Below are positions 36,415 through 43,350 of a stretch of DNA of 64,000 nucleotides, one piece after another. Location of the stretch: positions 124,001 through 188,000 of the IMG/VR virus record IMGVR_UViG_3300005613_000001, one strand, 5' to 3'. The notes under the pieces are model-generated. The model was given only the letters and a program-made list of their open reading frames with translations, did not search any database and was not told where the DNA came from. Position 1 is the first letter of the stretch. Every line of letters begins with the position of its first letter. The translations under genes were made by a program, and so were the position numbers.

Positions 36415-36673
36415 CTAGTTGCTCCATTTTTCTCGTAATAATTGAGTAATCTTTATCATCCTTCGCCTTTTTGACAGATACATGAACATTGCCTACTAAA
36501 AATTCAACAGGTTCAACCTCATTAACTTTGACTCGACCTAAAGCTAATTCATCAGTTCCTTCAGCTATTTCCTTTCTTAATTTTCTACTCTCTATAGAAA
36601 GTGATGCAACTTCCTCACCAATCTGTATGAACCGCTTAACCTTCTCAATGAATTCAGCCTTGTCCATCTTCAT
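36401..36673 (-). CDS. Hypothetical protein
   Basis: ORF chain. Confidence 0.55.
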   Translation of the reverse strand: MKMDKAEFIEKVKRFIQIGEEVASLSIESRKLRKEIAEGTDELALGRVKVNEVEPVEFLVGNVHVSVKKAKDDKDYSIITRKMEQLDGNV

Positions 36674-36683
36674 TTCCTTTCAG

Positions 36684-36755
36684 AGCTACCGGAGGGATTT
36701 GAACCCACAACATTCACATTACAAATGTGACGCTCTGCCATTGAGCTACGGTAGC
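36684..36755 (-). tRNA. tRNA-Thr(TGT)
   Basis: TCACA-TT TGT AA-TGTGA; one T-stem mismatch. Confidence 0.88.
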
Positions 36756-36876
36756 AATTGCGGTTAATCTTTTGGCTTAGATCGTGCTGCCATCACTGGT
36801 TGTCAAAAGCCGCAACCTATCAGAATGATAGTTTTGACAACCACCAAAAAACCGCCGCAATTGGCATTTTATCAAG

Positions 36877-36952
36877 CTGCGAGGGTAGGAATCGAACCTA
36901 CGAACCCCTGGTTCAAAGCCAGGTATTTCTTACCAACAGAAACTACCTCGCA
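36877..36952 (-). tRNA. tRNA-Gln(TTG)
   Basis: CCTGG-CT TTG AA-CCAGG; U1-A72. Confidence 0.88.
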
Positions 36953-36966
36953 AAATTTAATTTTAG

Positions 36967-37041
36967 AGGCTGGTCTGGGATTTGAACCCAGGACAATCTG
37001 ATTAACAGTCAGACGCTCTAACCGGACTGAGCTAACCAGCC
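36967..37041 (-). tRNA. tRNA-Asn(GTT)
   Basis: TCTGA-CT GTT AA-TCAGA. Confidence 0.9.
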
Positions 37042-37796
37042 ACCATAAATTCTTTTCTCACTTTTTCTGGAGGTTTTCTCCAATCCAACTTTATTTTTCC
37101 CGCTCTCAACTTACTTTGGTGACCAAAATTCACACTATAGTTGTCATCATGCAAACACCACATGGTACTTCTAAATGGAATTCTTGCAGGGTTAAAAAGT
37201 TTATGAACCTGATGCCTTCCCAACCAACTTACGGCCCACTCAAAATCATTCATATTACTTTTAACATAAGAAGCCTTAACGGCAACTGTGCTTCCACAAT
37301 GAAGGTTTAAATCATCGTTCGGAACCATCTTTCCCGTTTGCGTGTTTAAAATATATCCTCTATTTGAAATTACAACTCTTTTTTGTCGTTTCATCAAATC
37401 TCCTACAAGGCGATTTGATATTAAATCATCTGCATCCATCATGAAAAAATACTTTGGGTCCATCTCCAATGCAGCTTCTACTGTTAATAACCTCTTTTTA
37501 GCCTTATCTACATTATGTTCTCTGGTTATTGCCTGCCAGTGAGACAAGCTTGTTTCTTCCAATGGTGCGATATAGGGTTGAGGATGCGAAATTGGATCTG
37601 TGCCCATTTCCAAAATCGTCACCTTTTCATGGTCTATATCATCGTCCAAAGGCAACTTCTTGTTTGCACCAACAAAAATATGAAACCTATCATCCCTGCT
37701 GTTGCAAACACTTCTAATTGTATTGTTTAATAATCTCCAAATTTCTGCGTAGTTGCAGTTCTCAGGGTGTTTTACTGGAATTACAAAAGCTATCAT
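37032..37796 (-). CDS. GT-A-fold glycosyltransferase-like
   Basis: FVIPVKHP...DKAKKR...MMDADDLIS. Confidence 0.7.
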   Translation of the reverse strand: MIAFVIPVKHPENCNYAEIWRLLNNTIRSVCNSRDDRFHIFVGANKKLPLDDDIDHEKVTILEMGTDPISHPQPYIAPLEETSLSHWQAITREHNVDKAKKRLLTVEAALEMDPKYFFMMDADDLISNRLVGDLMKRQKRVVISNRGYILNTQTGKMVPNDDLNLHCGSTVAVKASYVKSNMNDFEWAVSWLGRHQVHKLFNPARIPFRSTMWCLHDDNYSVNFGHQSKLRAGKIKLDWRKPPEKVRKEFMVAG

Positions 37797-37818
37797 TTTT
37801 CTTTCTGGTTAAAGTAAG

Positions 37819-37900
37819 TAGGGCCGGTGGGTAACGCTCCCACATTGCGGTTTCCCGCCCTGATTAAGAGTCAGGTGCATTGCTTGTCTGCCACGACCCC
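37819..37900 (-). tRNA. tRNA-Lys(CTT) with long V-arm and aberrant T-loop AGCGTTA
   Basis: CCTGA-CT CTT AA-TCAGG; V-arm GCGG-GAAA-CCGC. Confidence 0.7.
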
Positions 37901-37905
37901 AAATT

Positions 37906-38478
37906 TTATTCTCCTGCTTGTTCTAAAATCTTCTTTGCCTTTTCAATTTCCTTAGCCTTCTTCTTTTCCGCTCGCTTCTTAGCCGCTTCGGCCCTCTTTG
38001 CCTTTTCCCTCTTCAATCTTGCCACTTCAGCATCATAAACCTTCTTCTGCTTTGCCGTAAACAACTTCTTAAGGGAAGGCTTCGTCATAGCCTGTACAAT
38101 TTGTACATTTTCATCGGCTAATGCTCGTATCGTATTCTCCCGCATTCTGGTTACATCAACCTCACTTGGAGAACCCCAACTATTTCGTCTCCTGTCTATG
38201 TAATAAAACTTCTTCCCCGCCACCAGCTTTTCTTCACGATCTTGGATAGCCTTCTTATCCACCCAGCCAAGTGAAGCAAGCAAATTCAAAACAAACTCAT
38301 TCTTTTCCTCAATCGCCTTCCTAATTAAAGCAGCCACTTCGCCTTGAGTTTCATAGTTCCCTATCAAATCAACTAAACTAACTTCTTGCACGGTGACTTC
38401 AGGATCATAGGAACCATAATCATCAGCACCCTCACAATAATGTTCTTCCGTACTAACCAAAATTAACTTACGTGACAT
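37906..38478 (-). CDS. Hypothetical protein with Lys/Ala-rich helical tail
   Basis: ORF chain. Confidence 0.6.
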   Translation of the reverse strand: MSRKLILVSTEEHYCEGADDYGSYDPEVTVQEVSLVDLIGNYETQGEVAALIRKAIEEKNEFVLNLLASLGWVDKKAIQDREEKLVAGKKFYYIDRRRNSWGSPSEVDVTRMRENTIRALADENVQIVQAMTKPSLKKLFTAKQKKVYDAEVARLKREKAKRAEAAKKRAEKKKAKEIEKAKKILEQAGE

Positions 38479-38962
38479 TTCTGTTCCTCAAACATTCATA
38501 TAGTGATTGTTCTTCACTATCAGTAGGGGTCACCAGAGCTTTATCCTCTATAATCAAAACTTTTGCATGTATCTTTCTATGGCAATTAGAACAAACACAA
38601 ATGCATTTCTTGATTTCTTCAATTAGTTTTTCAATACTCTTCTTAGCTACCCACGCCGATATGTTATCATTTTTATCATTTACATGGTGGAAATCAAGAC
38701 AACAGGGTTCCGTTTCTCCACAAAAACAACACCCTTCCCTCTTTTTTATTTCCTCAACTACTAATCTTATTTTTTGTTTCTTAATCCTGTTGTATTCTGT
38801 ACTTTTGTGCAAAACCACATCGCGGTTGGTTTTGTAATATTCCTTGGCATTTTGGATAGCACAAATCTTACAGTATGAGTGTAATCCATCCTTCTTGCCA
38901 GGACTTTTATGAAACTCCTCAATGCTTTTTTCTTTGTTACATCTTTTACATCGCTTAACCAT
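38468..38962 (-). CDS. HNH homing endonuclease with N-terminal Zn finger
   Basis: CKRCNKEK..EF...YCKIC; CCFCGE..PCCLDFHH...KCICVCSNCHRKIH. Confidence 0.82.
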   Translation of the reverse strand: MVKRCKRCNKEKSIEEFHKSPGKKDGLHSYCKICAIQNAKEYYKTNRDVVLHKSTEYNRIKKQKIRLVVEEIKKREGCCFCGETEPCCLDFHHVNDKNDNISAWVAKKSIEKLIEEIKKCICVCSNCHRKIHAKVLIIEDKALVTPTDSEEQSLYECLRNRNVT

Positions 38963-39026
38963 AATAACCTCCTAAGTTATTATAGTTAAGCTAGATTAAA
39001 ATTCCCTCTATTTTTTTAAACCAAAG

Positions 39027-39100
39027 TGAGCCCAGCGAGACTCGAACTCGCAGTCTACGGATTAAAAGTCCGTTGCATTAGCCTATTATGCTATGGGCTC
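39027..39100 (-). tRNA. tRNA-Lys(TTT)
   Basis: ACGGA-CT TTT AA-TCCGT. Confidence 0.92.
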
Positions 39101-39106
39101 AATCAG

Positions 39107-39187
39107 TAGGGCCGGTGAGATTCGAACTCACATTGTCCTTTCGGACCCAGATTAAAAGTCTGGAGCATCCCTATCTGCCACGACCCC
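39107..39187 (-). tRNA. tRNA-Lys(TTT) with long V-arm
   Basis: CCAGA-CT TTT AA-TCTGG; V-arm GTCC-GAAA-GGAC. Confidence 0.8.
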
Positions 39188-39256
39188 TTCAATATTGGGG
39201 TCTGCGTTTCAATCTGTAAGGGTCACGAATCATTTTTAATTCTCCTGTTATTAAAG

Positions 39257-39331
39257 TCGGGGTGAAAGGATTTGAACCTTCGGCCCCTGGTCCCCCAGAC
39301 CAGTGCTCTATCCAGGCTGAGCTACACCCCG
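39257..39331 (-). tRNA. tRNA-Pro(GGG)
   Basis: CTGGT-CT GGG GG-ACCAG. Confidence 0.92.
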
Positions 39332-39334
39332 TAG

Positions 39335-39403
39335 TAGAGCGTGCTGCCATTACACTACCGCCGCCTTCCGGCACCGGACGGGAATCGAACCCGCACTTCT
39401 CCA
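39335..39403 (-). ncRNA. Circularly permuted tRNA-like module B (T-arm, loop-closed acceptor, D-arm)
   Basis: TGGAG AAGT GCGGG-TTCGATT-CCCGT CCGGTGCC-GGAA-GGCGGCGG TA GTGT-AATGGCA-GCAC G CTCTA. Confidence 0.75.
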
Positions 39404-39458
39404 TTGGACTACTGGAAATAAATTTCCAGGCGAGAATTGAACCCGCACTTACTTCCAA
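39404..39458 (-). ncRNA. Permuted tRNA-like module C (D-arm missing)
   Basis: TTGGA..AAGT GCGGG-TTCAATT-CTCGC CTGGAAA-TTTA-TTTCCAG TAG TCCAA. Confidence 0.55.
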
Positions 39459-39459
39459 G

Positions 39460-39544
39460 AGACGATGGTGGGATTCGAACCCACGCGGAGCTAATGCTCG
39501 ACAGTTTTGCAGACTGTTGCCTTCAACCACTCGGCCACATCGTC
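39460..39544 (-). tRNA. tRNA-Cys(GCA) with long V-arm
   Basis: ACAGT-CT GCA AA-ACTGT; V-arm GAGC-ATTA-GCTC; U73. Confidence 0.82.
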
Positions 39545-39548
39545 ATAC

Positions 39549-39619
39549 AGAGAGCGTGCTACCCTTAACACCACCCCCGCCTTACGGCGGTGACGGGATT
39601 CGAACCCGTACTTCTCTCT
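39549..39619 (-). ncRNA. Circularly permuted tRNA-like module A
   Basis: AGAGAG AAGT ACGGG-TTCGAAT-CCCGT CACCGCC-GTAA-GGCGGGGG TG GTGT..GCAC G CTCTCT. Confidence 0.75.
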
Positions 39620-39633
39620 TTCTCACTTTTAAG

Positions 39634-39707
39634 TCGGAATGCCTGGAATCGAACCAGAACCTCTTGCTTATCAGGCAAACGTGCAGAAACCACTACACCA
39701 CATTCCG
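39634..39707 (-). tRNA. tRNA-Ile(GAT)
   Basis: TTTGC-CT GAT AA-GCAAG. Confidence 0.85.
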
Positions 39708-40277
39708 ATGTTCCTTTCGGTGACAATTCGTACAAAGAACTTCACACTTGTCTATTTCCTCTTTCAAATAATCCAAAGAATGACCTGATGCTAAAAGGTA
39801 CGCAATTGTAAACCTTTTGTCTTCAAGATGATGAAATTCTAAACATCTAGAGTCGTCTTCACTACAAGCTTTACATTTGGACAATTTGATAAAATCAATA
39901 AACCATCTTCTTTTTTTAATTCTCCTTTCTCCAAAATTTCTCCAATTTGATCCATCTTCTATAATTAAAGGCTCATGTCTCTTTCGGTGACAATTACCAC
40001 AAATAACTTCACACTTGCTTATCTCTATTTGAAGTTTTTCTATTGTGGTAGCATTCCGTATAAGCTGACTAACTGTGTTCGATTTTCCATTTACATGATG
40101 AAAGTCCAAACAAATCTTATCATCTATTCCACACTCACAACACCTTGTCTTAAGAGAATAAACATACTCATTGTTTCTTCGCCTCCGACTTTTTATTCCT
40201 TCTCTGTATTTGTCTTTGTTTTTTAAATAGTGTTTCTTTTGAGCCTCTTTTTGTCTTTGTTTGTCTTTATAGGGCAT
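39693..40277 (-). CDS. Homing endonuclease with two tandem HNH domains
   Basis: Two copies of C..C.....CL.FHH...KCEV.C.NCHRK.H. Confidence 0.82.
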   Translation of the reverse strand: MPYKDKQRQKEAQKKHYLKNKDKYREGIKSRRRRNNEYVYSLKTRCCECGIDDKICLDFHHVNGKSNTVSQLIRNATTIEKLQIEISKCEVICGNCHRKRHEPLIIEDGSNWRNFGERRIKKRRWFIDFIKLSKCKACSEDDSRCLEFHHLEDKRFTIAYLLASGHSLDYLKEEIDKCEVLCTNCHRKEHRNVV

Positions 40278-40334
40278 ATTGAACCTCCTCTATTATATAG
40301 AGTAAGGTTCAATACATTTTACCACCCTTTTTAG

Positions 40335-40410
40335 GGTGGCAGAGCGGAATCGAACCGCCGCCAACCTCGTTCACAGCGAGGCTCAGGAAACCAACACCTG
40401 ATCCTGCCAC
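40335..40410 (-). tRNA. tRNA-His(GTG)
   Basis: CCTCG-CT GTG AA-CGAGG; C73; G-1 apparently not encoded. Confidence 0.82.
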
Positions 40411-40412
40411 AG

Positions 40413-40487
40413 TGGGAATACTTGGATTCGAACCAAGGGCCTCATCCTTATCAGGGATGCGCTCTAAACCGACTGAGCTATATTCCC
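40413..40487 (-). tRNA. tRNA-Ile(GAT)
   Basis: CATCC-CT GAT AA-GGATG. Confidence 0.92.
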
Positions 40488-40509
40488 AGTTTTAATTCCT
40501 CCTTTTAAG

Positions 40510-40586
40510 TCGGGGCGAAAAGATTCGAACTTTCGGCCTCCTGGTCCCAAACCAGGCGCTCTTAAACCAGGCTGAGCTACGCCCCG
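40510..40586 (-). tRNA. tRNA-Pro(TGG)
   Basis: CCTGG-TT TGG GA-CCAGG. Confidence 0.92.
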
Positions 40587-40598
40587 GTGGAGCCACCA

Positions 40599-41054
40599 TC
40601 AGGCAGCATGCTTTTCCCTCAGGTGGCATAATTGTTTTTTATATTTTTCGCTGTGTTCTCTAACAGCCTCTTTTCCTTTTTTAGTTAAATGCCAATATCG
40701 GTATCCTCTATTTCTAGGGCCAAACTCGCCCCCTTCTTTTTCATACAGCCAACCGAACTCCATCATCAATTTAAATTTAGTTTCAGGAACTTTTATTCCA
40801 CTTGCCGTATAGGCGGTTGCATTTCTCCTTCCATCGGGTCGTTCTACAATGCAACCCCAGTACAATTCTCGTTCCGCAACCGTCGCCTCTTTTTCTTTTG
40901 CTAGGTGGCCCCAATTTTGTTTGAAGCCCCAACTCATTTTATAACGAGGCGGCAATTTCTTTCGTACAACAACAGGCGTTAAGGCTTCCAAAACATCCCA
41001 CAGAGTAGGAATATGTTTATGTTTTTTGCCACACCGTTTTTGTACTCTTTTCAA
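40599..41054 (-). CDS. Basic hypothetical protein
   Basis: 151-aa ORF. Confidence 0.55.
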   Translation of the reverse strand: MKRVQKRCGKKHKHIPTLWDVLEALTPVVVRKKLPPRYKMSWGFKQNWGHLAKEKEATVAERELYWGCIVERPDGRRNATAYTASGIKVPETKFKLMMEFGWLYEKEGGEFGPRNRGYRYWHLTKKGKEAVREHSEKYKKQLCHLREKHAA

Positions 41055-41200
41055 GGTTCGGTCTCCTTTTCTTCTTTTATAAAAACTTTACCACACCACT
41101 TACATCTGAATTCGTTACAATCACATTCACAAAAAACGAATTCATTATCCCCACATGAGGGGCAAATCGGTTCTTCTTTTTTCATTTCATCCTTTCTGAG

Positions 41201-41272
41201 AGCGGCTAGTCGGAATTGAACCGAACTCTTCCAGCTTGGCAAGCTAGCGTGCAACCATTACACCTTAGCCGC
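41201..41272 (-). tRNA. tRNA-Gly(GCC)
   Basis: CTAGC-TT GCC AA-GCTGG; U73. Confidence 0.88.
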
Positions 41273-41278
41273 TTAAAG

Positions 41279-41348
41279 CAGGTGCGGAGTGATTCGAACA
41301 CTCTCTTCTGGTTTTGGAGACCAGAGCTACTCCCAGGCAGTCGCACCT
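41279..41348 (-). tRNA. Compact tRNA-Trp(CCA): short D-arm, 6-bp anticodon stem, 3-nt V-loop
   Basis: TCTGGT-CT CCA AA-ACCAGA; 70 nt. Confidence 0.75.
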
Positions 41349-41538
41349 ATTTCTGTCTCATTTTTTCATACCAAATTTCTTTTTCAATTGCTTCTGTTGG
41401 CATTACCATTCCACATCGAGAACATTTAAAAGGGGCAAACTTAACCCCTGCATATACTTACAAAGTTTGCAATAATGCCCACCTGTAAATCTCCAAATCG
41501 GCTGTTCTCTTTCTTTTTTTTTCCATACCAACTCATAG

Positions 41539-41611
41539 TGACCCGGAAGGGAATCGAACCCTCGTATCCCTGGCTGAGAACCAGGGTGCCTAACCAACAC
41601 AGCACCGGGCC
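41539..41611 (-). tRNA. tRNA-Glu(CTC)
   Basis: CCTGG-TT CTC AG-CCAGG. Confidence 0.82.
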
Positions 41612-41693
41612 GCGCTCTACGGATTGAAGCAAGGCAGTTGCGTCCAACTCGCACTCTCTTATTTATAGGGAGCTTAGACCCCCATCCGTAAAG

Positions 41694-41764
41694 AGCGGGT
41701 GAAGGGTGTCGAACCCTCGTCAACAGGTTGGAAACCTGTGGCTCTACCGTTGAGCTACACCCGC
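41694..41764 (-). tRNA. tRNA-Gly(TCC)
   Basis: ACAGG-TT TCC AA-CCTGT. Confidence 0.9.
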
Positions 41765-42177
41765 CAATGTTTTTTGGCATGGCAATTTGCACACAAAGGA
41801 GTACATTTTTCAATCTCTTTCAATACTCTTTGTTTGCATCCTGACATTACCAAGCGTGATACAGTCTCCTCTTTATCATCCTCATTATGGTGAAATTGGA
41901 TGCATGCAGGATGGTTTTCTCCGCATTCTGCACATTTAAATCTAACTTTATAATCCTTCCACCAACCCCTAAAACTCTTCCTCCAAACTGCTGCTTTGCC
42001 AATGTACTTTTTCTTATTCGCTAAGTAGTGCTGCCGACGATATGCTCTTTGGCAATCAATACATTGACTCTGCAACCCATCTGAAGCTCGTTTTCTACTC
42101 TTGAAACAACTACGTGGGAGATTTTTTTTACACCCACAACATTTTTTAGTATCCATACCAATATATAGTGTTTCCAA
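41755..42177 (-). CDS. HNH homing endonuclease with N-terminal Zn finger
   Basis: CCGCKK...QCIDC; CAECGENHPACIQFHH...KCTPLCANCHAKKH. Confidence 0.82.
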   Translation of the reverse strand: METLYIGMDTKKCCGCKKNLPRSCFKSRKRASDGLQSQCIDCQRAYRRQHYLANKKKYIGKAAVWRKSFRGWWKDYKVRFKCAECGENHPACIQFHHNEDDKEETVSRLVMSGCKQRVLKEIEKCTPLCANCHAKKHWRV

Positions 42178-42213
42178 CCGGATTTTTGTTTGGAAACCTC
42201 ATAAATTTCCAAG

Positions 42214-42302
42214 TGACGCTGACGGGAATCGAACCCGTGTGGTTATAATAACCTTCAGGTTGAAAGCCTGAATACCCTTTAGCCAACAGAGTGCCCAGCG
42301 CC
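42214..42302 (-). tRNA. tRNA-Glu(TTC) with long V-arm
   Basis: TTCAGG-CT TTC AA-CCTGAA; V-arm GGTTA-TTA-TAACC; 89 nt. Confidence 0.75.
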
Positions 42303-42305
42303 TCA

Positions 42306-42725
42306 TTAATATAATTTTAAATCTCCTGTTACTTTGTCAATTTTCTCTGCATCATCTGGTCCGATTGCGATACAAGTTGGTGTTGGAACTCCATCAAATT
42401 CGGTTTTCCCACTATCAACGATCAATTCACAAACGAGCCCTTCATCTTCTGCTTTCTGTTTAACTTCCATCAATTCTTCTTCGCTATTCACTCTAACGGT
42501 GACTTTAGCGAAGCTATTTTTTATCCATTCAATTTCTTGTTCGCTTAGATGTAGAACATCCAGAAGTTTTACTGTTCCTGCCCAGGGCAGAGGATGTTTT
42601 TGATCTAATTCTTTTCTAATTCTGTTTGATAAAAAGGCCATTGAGGCATGAGACCCTTGGGCAATTTCTTTACCCCGCCTCATTTTTAAATCTTTACGAA
42701 TTACAATGACCTGTTTTACTGGCAT
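42306..42725 (-). CDS. pth2: Peptidyl-tRNA hydrolase, Pth2 family
   Basis: KQVIVIRKDLKM.RGK..AQ.SHA; DSGKTEF...T.T..AIGP...IDKVTG.LKL. Confidence 0.93.
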   Translation of the reverse strand: MPVKQVIVIRKDLKMRRGKEIAQGSHASMAFLSNRIRKELDQKHPLPWAGTVKLLDVLHLSEQEIEWIKNSFAKVTVRVNSEEELMEVKQKAEDEGLVCELIVDSGKTEFDGVPTPTCIAIGPDDAEKIDKVTGDLKLY

Positions 42726-42922
42726 TTGTATTGTTTTTTTCTATGTCTTTTCCATGTGAAGTGGTGATCGTCGCTTCTTAGCAAATCTTCCCAAGCACAG
42801 GGAAGGCTTGCTTGACTTCTTTTGGCACGAATTTTCACTTCGTAGCCATCTACTGTAATTTGCGATCTTTTACCATTCACCCTTCGTTCTTGCGTAGTAC
42901 GAGGATTTCTTAACCATCCCAT
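42716..42922 (-). CDS. Small basic phage protein
   Basis: RNPRTTQERR...RAKR....LP.AWED...WKRHRKKQY. Confidence 0.65.
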   Translation of the reverse strand: MGWLRNPRTTQERRVNGKRSQITVDGYEVKIRAKRSQASLPCAWEDLLRSDDHHFTWKRHRKKQYKCQ

Positions 42923-42996
42923 TTTGATTCTCCATAAGTTTGAGTTACTTATGAAAAATCATCCTTTTCAAAAATCCAAAACATGTTTTCTCCAAT

Positions 42997-43074
42997 AAAA
43001 AAACCCGCTTCCTGAGCGGGTTTATGTTCCGGCTCAGGCTTGGACCTGAACCGATCTATTTTGTTCGGTTCAGA
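42997..43074 (-). promoter_or_regulatory. Attenuator 2 (alternative hairpins + intrinsic terminator)
   Basis: CTGAACCGA/TCGGTTCAG, TCGGTTCAGG/CCTGAGCCGG, CCTGAGC/GCTCAGG, AAACCCGCT-CAGGA-AGCGGGTTTTTT. Confidence 0.8.
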
Positions 43075-43203
43075 TCAGGGCGCTGGGGCATTATCTTCAT
43101 GTCCTGTACGCCCATTTGTTTCGCCTTGTTTTGGCGTAATGGTAGCGCACGGGCACGTAATGCCTTGCCAACAAACCTGATTTTTTTGAACCGATACTAA
43201 CAT
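43075..43203 (-). CDS. Leader peptide 2 MLVSVQKNQVCWQGITCPCATITPKQGETNGRTGHEDNAPAP
   Basis: GGAG RBS; stop abuts attenuator; below ORF-track cutoff. Confidence 0.75.
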   Translation of the reverse strand: MLVSVQKNQVCWQGITCPCATITPKQGETNGRTGHEDNAPAP

Positions 43204-43222
43204 GATTTTCTCCGTTACTTAT

Positions 43223-43251
43223 ATAGTAACAACTCTTCATTTTTTTGTCAA
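43223..43251 (-). promoter_or_regulatory. Sigma70-type promoter driving leader 2
   Basis: TTGACA-17 nt-TACTAT. Confidence 0.75.
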
Positions 43252-43265
43252 GTTAAATCAAAAAG

Positions 43266-43350
43266 CGCTGGGGCTTGGAATCGAACCAAGCGTTTTTACC
43301 GGCTGCCCATTATAGACATGAGGTAGTGTTCTACCATTGAACTACCCAAC
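43266..43350 (-). ncRNA. tRNA-like RNA with enlarged (21-nt) anticodon-loop region
   Basis: D-arm GTTC-AATGGTA-GAAC, T-arm CTTGG-TTCGATT-CCAAG, no assignable anticodon. Confidence 0.55.

Noticed and set aside
39189-39811. ORF-track entries over tRNA clusters (e.g. 9993, 11454, 13050, 35281, 39189, 39262, 39590, 41216, 41403, 41699, 43368, 43486, 43802)
   Set aside because: They are sense or antisense read-throughs of tRNA/ncRNA genes, with no protein-like features
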